Positions 35,561 through 45,522 of a stretch of 64,000 bases of DNA are shown here, piece by piece. The stretch is from a virus. A program made the translations under genes and the position numbers. The stretch lies in the IMG/VR virus record IMGVR_UViG_3300048583_000366, positions 3,655 to 67,654 of that record, one strand, 5' to 3'. Numbering within the stretch: position 1 is the first letter of the stretch; each line of letters begins with the position of its first letter. Below the pieces are notes generated by a model. It was not told the DNA's origin and ran no database searches. It worked only from the letters and a program-made list of their open reading frames with translations.

Positions 35561-37864
35561 TTAGTGACCTTCCTTCAGGTTTTTAGATATAGCAGGAGGT
35601 GCCACCAAAGGTAAGGAAAGTTTTGTTGTATTTTCCATTTTGTCTCTCACTATTTTAGAAAATTCCTCTGCTTGACTTTCTTCAATTTCCACAACTAACT
35701 GGTCATGTATCTGAGCCACAACCAATCCATCAATCCCATGTTCCTTTAAAGCTCTATTTATTTCTATTGCAGCCCTATTGACTATGGAGGCAGCTAAGCT
35801 CTGTATTTGGAAGTTCATTGAGTTATTAACCCCATTCTTATAATCCCTAACCATGTTTATAACCAAATCTTCTTCTAATTGAGACATTAACCATGATTGA
35901 AAAGTCCTATCTAACAATTTGTCTCCAAACTTTTCATAAAGATATGATACTTTAGGTAAATGCCTAATTCTTCCCACCTGATTTTTTATATAACCGTTTC
36001 TTTTCACAAATTTTTTTGACTCCTCCATCCAATTCCTTAGATTTGGAAAACTGTCTAAATACCCATCTATCAATACCTGAGCAGCTTTAGTGGAGACATC
36101 TATGGACTTTCCAAGAGCATAGGCCTCCATACCATAAGGAATTCCTAATGAATATGATTTAGCTTTTGTCCGGACCTGTGGTGCAGCATTTCTTAAGTAA
36201 TTAGGATCTTTTTTATTGGGAGAGTATTGACTTAGTCCCTCTGTCCTTATCGCAATAGTAGAGTAGAAGTCCCAATTATTTCTGAAGATGTCTTTTAATC
36301 CTTCATCTCCTGATACGTGAGCAAAAACCCTAGGCTCTAGAGATTCATAGTCACAGTCTATAAACACCTTCCCGGGCTTAGAGATAAAAAAGGCCCGTAT
36401 TAAATTATTATACTTTATTATGATTTCCTCATCCTCTCCCTCATCTATAGGCCTGGGTAACTGTTGAGCATCAGATCCATATCTTCCAGAAACTGTACCA
36501 TGTTGTTTATAATAAAAATAATATAGACCATCTTCTTGATTGTCTAAAAATCTATCCATATAGGTAGATTTTATTTTCAGAAGCTTGTTGTATATTCTTA
36601 ACAACTTAGCCCACCTATTATTTTTGGCTATGCTCTGTATGAACTCCTCATCAAATTTACTTTTCCCGGCATCAGTTTGAGCTAGTGGCTTAAACTTTAA
36701 TGCCTTAAAAGCAATCTCTCCCATGTGGGTTTTAGACTGTATGTTGAAATATTCACCATCCTGGCTTTTTTTCCAAAGTAGAACACTAATTTTAGTTAGG
36801 TGTTCATCCTCTATTCCAAAAGGAAGTCCAGTAGTTAGATAATTTTTTATGGGACTATCAGGTAGTTTTGATACATTTGAAGCATTTATCAGGAACTTTC
36901 CTGTTTTTTCTGAAACAGGTAGAGATACTTTATTATACTCTAATAACATTTGAGCAAAATTACCTTTATGGCTAGAAGGAAATTCTTTTATTGCTCTACT
37001 AACTACCCATTCCCTGACTTCTGGGATCTTTATTAACTCTTCAACTACTTCTTTTTTATAAAAAGACAGCTCTTTAGTTATCTCTTCTCTGGAGCTTTGA
37101 ATGAGTTCCATATTCAACTCCATGCCATTTGATTCCATTGGGATGGTTACTTCCCTGTATAAAGGCATAACTTCTTCCTCATAGAATAACTTAGTTAACC
37201 CTTCCTCTTCTAATATAGGCTCGTAATGATTAAATATTCTTAGCGTTAAGTCGGTATCAGCACAGGCATAATCTGATAAGATCTTCATATCTGCTTTCCA
37301 TATCTCATAATTATCTTTTGTGGTAGAGCCCCCATTAGCTTTTATAGATGCTTTTAGAGCTAACTGTTCTTCATTAGCCTCTTTTTCTATATCCAGGCCC
37401 AGCTGTTCTTGTATAGATATGGCTATCTCTTTTAATGCAAATATAGAAGCAGTTCCATTACCAGCGCCTTCCTCACAAACAGTGTGAACAAGGAGCATAG
37501 TATCTGCATATATGCTATCTACTAGATCAATACCGTAGTTGGATTTTACTATCCTAACATCAAAAGAAAGATTATGACCAATCAGTTTCTTTTTGGATAG
37601 TAAGTTTATGGTTTTCTTAGCTAGATCATGACACAGTATCCCATCTATATATGAATCTCTCAGCTCACCATCATATACCATAGTGGGCATATAGTACCCC
37701 TTACCAACTTCACCTGTAACAGATATGCCTATTACCTTACCCTTCCTGGTATTCAGACTAGTAGTTTCTGTATCAAAAGAAACTATAGAGTGTTCCTTTA
37801 TATGCTGTATCATCTCTATAAGAGTGTCTTCGGAGTCTACCGTAACATATTTTTTTTCCTGCAT
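35561..37864 (-). CDS. polA: Family A DNA polymerase (3'-5' exonuclease + polymerase)
   Basis: FDTETT, GHNLSFD, YACAD, GTVSGR, DYESLEPR, RTKAKSYSLGIPYG, QIHDQL. Confidence 0.95.
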   Translation of the reverse strand: MQEKKYVTVDSEDTLIEMIQHIKEHSIVSFDTETTSLNTRKGKVIGISVTGEVGKGYYMPTMVYDGELRDSYIDGILCHDLAKKTINLLSKKKLIGHNLSFDVRIVKSNYGIDLVDSIYADTMLLVHTVCEEGAGNGTASIFALKEIAISIQEQLGLDIEKEANEEQLALKASIKANGGSTTKDNYEIWKADMKILSDYACADTDLTLRIFNHYEPILEEEGLTKLFYEEEVMPLYREVTIPMESNGMELNMELIQSSREEITKELSFYKKEVVEELIKIPEVREWVVSRAIKEFPSSHKGNFAQMLLEYNKVSLPVSEKTGKFLINASNVSKLPDSPIKNYLTTGLPFGIEDEHLTKISVLLWKKSQDGEYFNIQSKTHMGEIAFKALKFKPLAQTDAGKSKFDEEFIQSIAKNNRWAKLLRIYNKLLKIKSTYMDRFLDNQEDGLYYFYYKQHGTVSGRYGSDAQQLPRPIDEGEDEEIIIKYNNLIRAFFISKPGKVFIDCDYESLEPRVFAHVSGDEGLKDIFRNNWDFYSTIAIRTEGLSQYSPNKKDPNYLRNAAPQVRTKAKSYSLGIPYGMEAYALGKSIDVSTKAAQVLIDGYLDSFPNLRNWMEESKKFVKRNGYIKNQVGRIRHLPKVSYLYEKFGDKLLDRTFQSWLMSQLEEDLVINMVRDYKNGVNNSMNFQIQSLAASIVNRAAIEINRALKEHGIDGLVVAQIHDQLVVEIEESQAEEFSKIVRDKMENTTKLSLPLVAPPAISKNLKEGH

Positions 37865-37873
37865 ATCATAAGA

Positions 37874-38200
37874 TTACCTATTATCCCCTGAGCCTTGTAA
37901 TACATTCCTGTCAGATCTGGATTTCAGCTTCTCATAATTCATAACAGCAACATCTTCCAGGCTTATATCTAAGTCGCTAGACACTGCTGCTAAGTACCAT
38001 AACACATCTCCTAGTTCTTTAGTCAATTCAGCCTTAGTTAAAGGATTGGATAAGTCAGTATTATCTCTTATAGACTTTTTAACTTTTTCCAAAACCTCAC
38101 CAACTTCTCCAGCTAATCCCAGGCATGGGTAATAAACCTTTGCTCTTTCCGGATATATGGCAGTTGTCTTAGCTAACTCTTGATAAGTTTTAAATTCCAT
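37874..38200 (-). CDS. MazG-like NTP pyrophosphohydrolase
   Basis: LGLAGEVGEV, KELGDVLWY, NYEKLKSR, GSGDNR. Confidence 0.92.
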   Translation of the reverse strand: MEFKTYQELAKTTAIYPERAKVYYPCLGLAGEVGEVLEKVKKSIRDNTDLSNPLTKAELTKELGDVLWYLAAVSSDLDISLEDVAVMNYEKLKSRSDRNVLQGSGDNR

Positions 38201-38222
38201 AACAATTTTATTAATTTAATAT

Positions 38223-38438
38223 TTAAGGTAAAGGTGTATTTTCACTATCAGAAACTTTCTTTAAAATCTGCTTCTCTATTTCATCAAATTGCTTTGTTAA
38301 AAAATCCATTGTGGCAGTGGATATTAGAATAAATTTCACCATCTCAATGTTCATAGATTTTTGAATATCCAACTGATGATACAAATAAGCTACTGCTATC
38401 ACTAAGCATATCAATATTCCTCCGGTAATTACAGTCAT
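38223..38438 (-). CDS. small membrane protein
   Basis: N-terminal TM segment. Confidence 0.55.
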   Translation of the reverse strand: MTVITGGILICLVIAVAYLYHQLDIQKSMNIEMVKFILISTATMDFLTKQFDEIEKQILKKVSDSENTPLP

Positions 38439-38463
38439 GGTATATGTTTTAAGGTCAAGAAAG

Positions 38464-38471
38464 CAAAGATA
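38464..38471 (-). promoter_or_regulatory. Bacteroidota-type -7 box (TATCTTTG)
   Basis: TAnnTTTG in intergenic gap. Confidence 0.55.
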
Positions 38472-38477
38472 CTAAAA

Positions 38478-40400
38478 TTATTTAATTGGGCAAGCTCCTG
38501 TGCTACATTCAAGTAAATCAAAATCCTCTTCTTTTATTTCAATAGACGTTATAGGTTTGACTTTTTCTTTCATTTCCATATATTGCTCTTTAGTTATTGT
38601 TTCATATGGAGCTTGAACAAACCCGTGACCGCGATATAATAAAAAGGATACTGTCTTTATTTCATTTTTAAAATGCTCTTTAAGGTAGTCCTTGATATCA
38701 TCGAGATCCTCTTTTTTATAATAAACAGTACAACTGACAGAATTATCAGACCATTCAGATTGCAACTTTCTTACCATATCTAATTGAGATCTCCAACCAA
38801 AATCTGCAGCCACCGGAGTTGCCTCTGGAACCTTGCAAGGAAAAGAAACAACCATAGTAGACCTATCTTCACTTCCATCAAAATTTCTTTGGTATTCTAT
38901 TGGGTATCCATGTTTTCTACATACTTCTACTAATGAAGATTGAGTGGATATTCTAATCCTTCTAATGTAATATGGGCCAGCAGGGTTTGGATGTACTCCA
39001 GGAGTGACTCCTGCTAATAAGCTTAATGTCCCACTAGGTTTAATAGTTGTTAACTTAATACTAGGGGGGAATCCCTTTTCAGCAGAGTATTTTTTATCAT
39101 AAGATCTTAGCCAAACATAAGCATTCTTTAACCACTCTACTTGCTCTTTAGATGCTTGTAGAATTCCTGTCATACCAATGCCCATTCTCATATTTCTGTG
39201 AACAATGCTCTCTGTTTCCTTTAAGTGGCAATGCAGACTCAATGAATGCTTACTCATTCTATATGCGAAAGTTATAGCCTCTAGTAACTCTTCGTAGCTT
39301 TCAATATTAGGCAAGTATACCTCCGATAGACAACAAGTTTCAAAATTAGCCAAAGATTGTTCCGCACAAGGATTAAACCCTTCAACATCAGGGTCAGGAT
39401 ATTGAGTTTCTCCTGTTCTTCCTACTGTTTTTGCTAATTCTAAATTTATAAGTCCATAAGGCTCTCCTTGATTGTAAGTCTCCCAAAATTCATTAGTCAA
39501 ATCATCAAAATTATCTGGAGCTATTACTGAGTTATTGCTCATGGATCTCCAATTAGGGATAGTTCCTAAATCCCATCTCTTAGCCTTTAAAAATTCTAAA
39601 TCGTCATAATCACCTAAAGCTATTTGAGCTGATCTCCTTACATTACCAGCAACCACTACAGATCCTATGATGTTCATAATATCTAGGCAATCTATAGGCC
39701 TTAGTTTTTTATTAGATCTGCTATTTAGTATTTTACTGATTTCATTAATACCCCAGCATAAATCTTCCGGCCCAGAGGCAGTGCCTCCAAAACCTTTAAT
39801 AAGTGCTCCTTTAGATCTTATACATATTGTGGAGTAAGAGAACCCTTCCCCACTATAAAAATGTGATTTCAGTACTTTTCCTAATAATTTAACCCACCCG
39901 TCCCTGGAATCAGGAACTATATAATCTGCATCTTTAGTATCCTTCCTTTCTATTTTTATTTTGCCTTTTAGTTTTGGCAATTGATATACATTGTGTTTTT
40001 GTATGTTATACCCAACCCCACTACCAAGCATTAACATTTCGAATGTCCAAGTAAAAGGCTTAATAGGTTCATTTACAACTGTAAAAGCACAATTTTGTAA
40101 AGAAGGCAATCCAAGTTTATCTACTGTTTTAGTTCCCAATTGCCACATAAATCTACCTGCAACAGAAAATTTTAATTTCATCCTAAGCTCAAAGTACCTA
40201 CGCTTCTCTTCCTCTGTGAAACCCACTTTAAGTTGTTTTTCCGAAGACTCCAATTCCCTTTTTATCACCTGATAAAACTCCTCTGTCTCAGAATTTTGAT
40301 CATCTTCTTTTAATCGTCTAGCATACGTCCTCTTAAATGTTATATATCCTATCTCGCCCCATGGCACATCAATATAGTTGGTGAAATCAGTCATTTTCAT
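38478..40400 (-). CDS. nrdJ: Class II (B12-dependent, monomeric-type) ribonucleotide reductase
   Basis: RTYAR, LQNCAF, VVAGNVRRSA, NPCAEQ..ETCCL.E, TTIKPSGT, C-terminal CSTGACPIK. Confidence 0.93.
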   Translation of the reverse strand: MKMTDFTNYIDVPWGEIGYITFKRTYARRLKEDDQNSETEEFYQVIKRELESSEKQLKVGFTEEEKRRYFELRMKLKFSVAGRFMWQLGTKTVDKLGLPSLQNCAFTVVNEPIKPFTWTFEMLMLGSGVGYNIQKHNVYQLPKLKGKIKIERKDTKDADYIVPDSRDGWVKLLGKVLKSHFYSGEGFSYSTICIRSKGALIKGFGGTASGPEDLCWGINEISKILNSRSNKKLRPIDCLDIMNIIGSVVVAGNVRRSAQIALGDYDDLEFLKAKRWDLGTIPNWRSMSNNSVIAPDNFDDLTNEFWETYNQGEPYGLINLELAKTVGRTGETQYPDPDVEGFNPCAEQSLANFETCCLSEVYLPNIESYEELLEAITFAYRMSKHSLSLHCHLKETESIVHRNMRMGIGMTGILQASKEQVEWLKNAYVWLRSYDKKYSAEKGFPPSIKLTTIKPSGTLSLLAGVTPGVHPNPAGPYYIRRIRISTQSSLVEVCRKHGYPIEYQRNFDGSEDRSTMVVSFPCKVPEATPVAADFGWRSQLDMVRKLQSEWSDNSVSCTVYYKKEDLDDIKDYLKEHFKNEIKTVSFLLYRGHGFVQAPYETITKEQYMEMKEKVKPITSIEIKEEDFDLLECSTGACPIK

Positions 40401-40522
40401 TTATATGTTTTTGAAGTTTTATGTTTAAAAATTAACGGAGGTAAGAATAAATACTGTATATACTACTGAAAATATTCACCGTCTTCATTTATTTTTTTAC
40501 TGTATATATGATACTTATCAAT

Positions 40523-41872
40523 TTACTTTTTTCTAAGAAACTTTCCTTTTAGTTTATCTAGCTCTTCACCGGAAAAATCACCATTTCCACCATCTGTATC
40601 AGCATCCTCATCATATAAATCTTCTGATATATCTATTCTACCCTTTTCCAGATCAATGGTAGCGTTGTATGTCATGCCATCGGGTCCTAACCTGGATTTC
40701 ATTATATGGAATCTTCCCGTACCGTTTATCTTATCCTTCCTTTTCCTTGACAATGAGATGCTTAAATCAGCTATCATCATCTTATCATAGCTACCAGATA
40801 CCTTATCTCCTTCGATAATGTCATCTTTGGCTCCAAGTCTGTTAATTTGAGAAGGGCATATAAAAGGAATTTTTCTTTCGGTGGCTAATCCTTTGACATC
40901 AATGTATATGTCATCTAGCTCCTGTTTGAGGTCTTTACGGACAGCCCTGGCCCTTAAAAGATCAGGGTAATCTATTATGACTATGTCAGGAATAAAGCCG
41001 TTATCAGCCTCTATTTGCTTCAGGTGAGATTCTATAGTATCCAGTGAAGCCTTACGTGGGGAGTATTCTTTAATCAGTATCTCACCTGGAAGATCTTCTA
41101 TAGCTTTGGCAACCTCTTTCCTATGATGTTTTAGCATCTTTATATCTATGCCAGTCAGGATAGAGTCTATTTTCTTACCTATATACCTTTCGGTAAGTTC
41201 TAAACTGTAATACAGTACCTTATACCCTTTCCTTGCTGCAAAAGCAGCTATATTACAAACTACTGTAGTCTTACCTATACCGGGAGGAGCAAAAAATAAG
41301 ACCAGATTTCCATCCCCAGGCCCCCCTTCGGTTATGTCATTGAAGACTTTCCATGGGAACGGTATTTTATGATCCTCTTCCTCCCTAAACCGGGACTCTA
41401 TATCCTTTGCATATTCGTGCCCTTTATTTTTATCATTTCCTGCCTTAAGTGCCTGATCTATTATCTTCCTGATTCCTTCGTACTCTCCCTCTTTCAATAA
41501 ATCCACAGAAGCTAAAAGGGCATCTCTCAGCCTTTGGTTTTTACAAAAATCAAAAAACTCCTCTTTTACATACTCTACTTCATCGTGTGTGGTGGTATAT
41601 ACCTGCTTTAATTCTTCTTTTACAGATAACCTCAACACCTCATTCTGCTCTTTACCCATTTCTATCTTGACAACTTCCATTGTCGGATAAGTATTATACT
41701 TTGTATAGTACTTAAGGATCATATTCAATATCCATTTATGAGAAGGAGCCTCAAAGTATTCCGGAGTGATTACATCATATATTTTCTGTAAAAATAGCTT
41801 ATCATTAAGAAGAGAATAAATAACCTTAATCTGAAATTGATGTCCGTATTCATTTAATTTATTGGCTGTCAT
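40523..41872 (-). CDS. Replicative DnaB/gp41-like helicase
   Basis: APPGIGKT, YSLEL, IIDYPDLL, SQINR, MKSRLG. Confidence 0.92.
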   Translation of the reverse strand: MTANKLNEYGHQFQIKVIYSLLNDKLFLQKIYDVITPEYFEAPSHKWILNMILKYYTKYNTYPTMEVVKIEMGKEQNEVLRLSVKEELKQVYTTTHDEVEYVKEEFFDFCKNQRLRDALLASVDLLKEGEYEGIRKIIDQALKAGNDKNKGHEYAKDIESRFREEEDHKIPFPWKVFNDITEGGPGDGNLVLFFAPPGIGKTTVVCNIAAFAARKGYKVLYYSLELTERYIGKKIDSILTGIDIKMLKHHRKEVAKAIEDLPGEILIKEYSPRKASLDTIESHLKQIEADNGFIPDIVIIDYPDLLRARAVRKDLKQELDDIYIDVKGLATERKIPFICPSQINRLGAKDDIIEGDKVSGSYDKMMIADLSISLSRKRKDKINGTGRFHIMKSRLGPDGMTYNATIDLEKGRIDISEDLYDEDADTDGGNGDFSGEELDKLKGKFLRKK

Positions 41873-41881
41873 GTATTTCTT

Positions 41882-42922
41882 CTATTGATAGTTGTTAAGA
41901 GATGAGAATAAATTCAACCAAGTATCTAGGTTTCTAATAGCATCTCCCATTTTATCATGAGAGTACAGCTTCATAAAATCATATTTTTTAAATTGCTGTA
42001 TCTTGGAGTGGTACTTAAATACAATTGAATTCTTATCCTCTTCTGATATGTTCGGATTTTCTAGATCCATTATTTTATAAAAAACTTCCACCTCATTACT
42101 CACATTTAAAACCCTATCATAAAGGACAGATTTTTTATCTGCATTTCTGCAGACCTCATAAACATATTCTAAATTTTTTTTATCGCTTTCTTCTAAAAAT
42201 TTAAATAGGCTTGGGGCTTTCTTGTCACCTAATCCATACACTCCAGGTATGTTATCAGAAGAGTCACCTACAAGGGCCTTGTATATTAAGAAGTTATTAG
42301 GATGAACTCCAAACTCTCTTAAAATATCATCCACATGGTATATTATTTTTTTAGTAGGACTATATAGCTTAACCCTACTATTTACAAGTTGCATAAAATC
42401 ATTGTCCGATGACATTATAAAAACCTCACTATCATCGTACTGCTCTTGAATTGTACTAGTTAAAAAACCTATTACATCATCAGCTTCCAATCTATCCATT
42501 GATATATTGAGAATTGGTAAATATAATAGGTAATCTACGAGTCTTACTATTTGATTGTACTTTGAGTCATCTTCATCCCCTTTTGTCAAAAATGATTTCT
42601 TATTAACTATTCGACTATTATCCCTGTTGGCTTTATAGTCTGGGTATAGATACTTTCTATTTTGGGACCCGGATTCGCCATCGAACACAACAACTACTCT
42701 AGTTGGATTTAGTAGCTTTATTGCATGACCTAAAGACGATAAAAAACCGACTATACCACCTACTTCATGTCCTAAAAGATTCATCCTTCCAACACCTGCA
42801 AATCCTCTTAGAAATGTATTTAATCCATCTACTAATAGAACTCTGCTATTTAAGTGAAAGTTAGATGGTCTTTCATCTTTTTGAATCTTTGAAAATAAGT
42901 CTAATAGTCGGTCTTTATTCAT
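41882..42922 (-). CDS. 5'-3' exonuclease / flap endonuclease (PolI N-terminal, T4 RNase H-like)
   Basis: LLVDGLN, VVFDG, YKANR, EADDVIG, SSDNDFMQL, GDSSDNIPGV. Confidence 0.93.
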   Translation of the reverse strand: MNKDRLLDLFSKIQKDERPSNFHLNSRVLLVDGLNTFLRGFAGVGRMNLLGHEVGGIVGFLSSLGHAIKLLNPTRVVVVFDGESGSQNRKYLYPDYKANRDNSRIVNKKSFLTKGDEDDSKYNQIVRLVDYLLYLPILNISMDRLEADDVIGFLTSTIQEQYDDSEVFIMSSDNDFMQLVNSRVKLYSPTKKIIYHVDDILREFGVHPNNFLIYKALVGDSSDNIPGVYGLGDKKAPSLFKFLEESDKKNLEYVYEVCRNADKKSVLYDRVLNVSNEVEVFYKIMDLENPNISEEDKNSIVFKYHSKIQQFKKYDFMKLYSHDKMGDAIRNLDTWLNLFSSLNNYQ

Positions 42923-42927
42923 CTTAG

Positions 42928-44025
42928 TTATTCTTCGTCATCTAAAATATAACCTTTCGGCATTATCTTAATCTCTTCTGCTATGTCCGGTTCTATTACT
43001 ACCTCCACTTCTCCCTCTCCTAAGATAGATAACCATTCATGTCTGTGCTGTTTTTTGTACTTTTCTAATGCTGCCGGGGTATCTTCTATAAATCCATGGG
43101 CAGTCATTATGATACGTGTAGATGTAGTAGATTCAGTGATATGATTCTTGTCTACAGATATCTTTGTACGCTTAGCAAATACAACTGTTTTTTTATCCTT
43201 GGTAGCCTCTATTTTAGAGACACCTGCATTTGTTATATTTCCTAGGGTAACAACTAAAGAAGCATCCCAAAACATTGCATCACCAGCCTTATTTCTCATT
43301 TTAGGCTTTTCCATTGGATTGTTAATAGGATATTCCACTCTTATCTTGTTGACAACAACAAATGTGTTCGTGTATTTACTACTAGCTTTCCTGGACAGTG
43401 GAAACAACTGATTTATAAAATTTCCAAATTGAGTAGACATAGCAGCTGCATTCCACATGGCATTATTTTTACCACTGTCTACAGACTGCTGACACGGAAT
43501 AGATCCTGCAGAGTCCCAGAAAAAAACTAACTCCACAGGAAGATTTCCCTTTTTCTGCTCCATCAACATATCAAGTATAAATGAAGCCACATCCTCTATA
43601 GTATTTAAAGATGATCTGTCAACATATATAAAATCTCCTGAGTACAACACTTCTCCTGTCTCTGTATCTGGAGTCGCTAACGCATCCAGTCCCATTTGAA
43701 TGGCATGTTCAAAAGACCATTTCATTTCGGTCATAATAAATACCGGGAGTAACCCTAATTTCTGAGCTGAAGCTGCTGCCTCAATCATAGCAGTAGTCTT
43801 TCCAGTATCACTATGCCCTCTTAAAATACTTATATGCCCTTTAGGGAGACCTGGTAAACTAATACCATTATTAAATGCGGTGGATAATGGTATCCACTCT
43901 TGTTTCTTAAACTTAATGCCCTCTGTAAGATTTTTTGATTTCTTAAAATTCTCTACACTAAAGGCACTAGAAGTCTTAGCAAGAGCGCCAGCTACAGCGC
44001 TCTTGATATTTTTTTTGTCATCCAT
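42928..44025 (-). CDS. RecA/UvsX-like recombinase
   Basis: GHSDTGKT Walker A, TEMK, FFWDSAGS, VVVNK. Confidence 0.87.
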   Translation of the reverse strand: MDDKKNIKSAVAGALAKTSSAFSVENFKKSKNLTEGIKFKKQEWIPLSTAFNNGISLPGLPKGHISILRGHSDTGKTTAMIEAAASAQKLGLLPVFIMTEMKWSFEHAIQMGLDALATPDTETGEVLYSGDFIYVDRSSLNTIEDVASFILDMLMEQKKGNLPVELVFFWDSAGSIPCQQSVDSGKNNAMWNAAAMSTQFGNFINQLFPLSRKASSKYTNTFVVVNKIRVEYPINNPMEKPKMRNKAGDAMFWDASLVVTLGNITNAGVSKIEATKDKKTVVFAKRTKISVDKNHITESTTSTRIIMTAHGFIEDTPAALEKYKKQHRHEWLSILGEGEVEVVIEPDIAEEIKIMPKGYILDDEE

Positions 44026-44035
44026 ATGTAGTTAT

Positions 44036-44983
44036 TTAAAATGACGGGTCATCTACAAATAGTTCATTGAACTTATCTGCATTACTTTTTTTCTTTGGGA
44101 TTTCTTCATCAGCCTTTTCAATGATGTCATCATCATCGTCTTCTTCTGATGGAATAGTGACCTTAGTTTCTGCCTTAGGTTTAGGTTTAGGTTTTAAAGC
44201 CTTTGCTGGTGCAGGTTCTACAGGGGCTTCTTTTTTAACCTCTGCTTTTACTGCTGGCTCGTCTTCCTCTTCTTTTTCGTCCTCAGATTCTTCTTTAGGA
44301 TCTAAGTAGTTTTTCAACATAGACTTTATCTCGTCATATGTATACTTCTTATATATCTCCAGGATATCTTTTTGATTTTCTAAAAATCCTCTAGCCTCTT
44401 CTGCATCTTCTGATAGAGGGGCCGTTTTTCTTTTTGGAGTTATATTTACTGCTATGTAGTTAACAGTTTTCTTACCTATCTGAACTGAATCATTATATCC
44501 TTCAACTGTTAGATCAGTTCCACTGGAAATGTCACTAACATCTCCATAATCATCATCAGCCATGATGGTTAAAAGCTTTTCGTAAGTGGTTTTATTAAAT
44601 TCCCAAATACGTGTTCCTGCTTCTTCTTCGTCTCTTACGACTACCTGTGCAAAATACTTTGTACGAGGCCTGATTTTTTTGGCTAACTCTTTACTGTCTT
44701 CTGTGTTTTCATTGTACAGTTCTTTCACTAGCTGCATAACTGGATCTTTTTCTCCAAATGCCTCTAAGCAATAAACACTTTTTTTAAACACATTGTACTG
44801 ATGGAAGGGGACTTCTACGAAGGGGTAATCTTTGTTTGACTTACGGGGGACAACTCTTACAACCTGCTTACCGAGTTTTGGTTTCCAAAAGAGCGCTGCG
44901 TAGTCTATTTTTTCCCCGTTTCCACCGCCTTTTGATTGAAGTTTTGCAAGTCTTTCTTTGATAAGATCCATGTTTGATGCCAT
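44036..44983 (-). CDS. Single-stranded DNA-binding protein (gp32-like)
   Basis: FWKPKLG..VVRVVP, DPV, QVVVR, IWEF, DYGDVSD..GTD; acidic tail ending in F. Confidence 0.85.
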   Translation of the reverse strand: MASNMDLIKERLAKLQSKGGGNGEKIDYAALFWKPKLGKQVVRVVPRKSNKDYPFVEVPFHQYNVFKKSVYCLEAFGEKDPVMQLVKELYNENTEDSKELAKKIRPRTKYFAQVVVRDEEEAGTRIWEFNKTTYEKLLTIMADDDYGDVSDISSGTDLTVEGYNDSVQIGKKTVNYIAVNITPKRKTAPLSEDAEEARGFLENQKDILEIYKKYTYDEIKSMLKNYLDPKEESEDEKEEEDEPAVKAEVKKEAPVEPAPAKALKPKPKPKAETKVTIPSEEDDDDDIIEKADEEIPKKKSNADKFNELFVDDPSF

Positions 44984-45021
44984 GCTGTTTTGTTTTTAGT
45001 TTTTAGCAAAATTATAATTAG

Positions 45022-45029
45022 CAAATTTA
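45022..45029 (-). promoter_or_regulatory. Bacteroidota-type -7 box (TAAATTTG)
   Basis: TAnnTTTG about 40 nt upstream of SSB, at the head of the replication operon. Confidence 0.55.
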
Positions 45030-45062
45030 ACAACTATTAGGATATTAACAAAAAATAATATC

Positions 45063-45494
45063 CTAATTAGTGTTTATTATTTTATGCACTTTAGTATTTA
45101 AATGGGTGAACTTCCCTGCTCTGGTTAATAGCATACTATTTCTATAGTCTCCCCAATTAACCTTATAGTTTTTATCCAGGATTCCCCCATTTAAATCAGC
45201 TATCAATAAGTTCAGAGAGTTTATAGTATACAAGGTATCTGTTTCTTTCCTCCTATGCATTAAAATAGTCCCTGGGAGAACTCTTGATTTTTCAGTATTT
45301 TCTATATCTATGTTATACGTGCAGACAAACTCCAGGCTGTCGGATACCTCCAATACAAATATTTTAGAATACAGTACCGTATAGGTACTATTTATCCTAA
45401 AAAGAGTTTCCTCTATACCGTCTTTTTGAGTAAAAGTGCAGAATAGTTTATTCAACGTATCTTCTATTGTAACTTCATAATCTTCGTATAACAT
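45063..45494 (-). CDS. hypothetical phage protein
   Basis: NKLFCTF...HRRKETDTLYTINSLN; start uncertain. Confidence 0.7.
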   Translation of the reverse strand: MLYEDYEVTIEDTLNKLFCTFTQKDGIEETLFRINSTYTVLYSKIFVLEVSDSLEFVCTYNIDIENTEKSRVLPGTILMHRRKETDTLYTINSLNLLIADLNGGILDKNYKVNWGDYRNSMLLTRAGKFTHLNTKVHKIINTN

Positions 45495-45522
45495 ATATAA
45501 ATATCATTAAAATAGGTAAAAA

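Noticed and set aside
35561-41872. Inteins or introns in PolA, RNR and helicase
   Set aside because: Lengths are normal, motifs are contiguous, and no intein C...HN signatures were seen.
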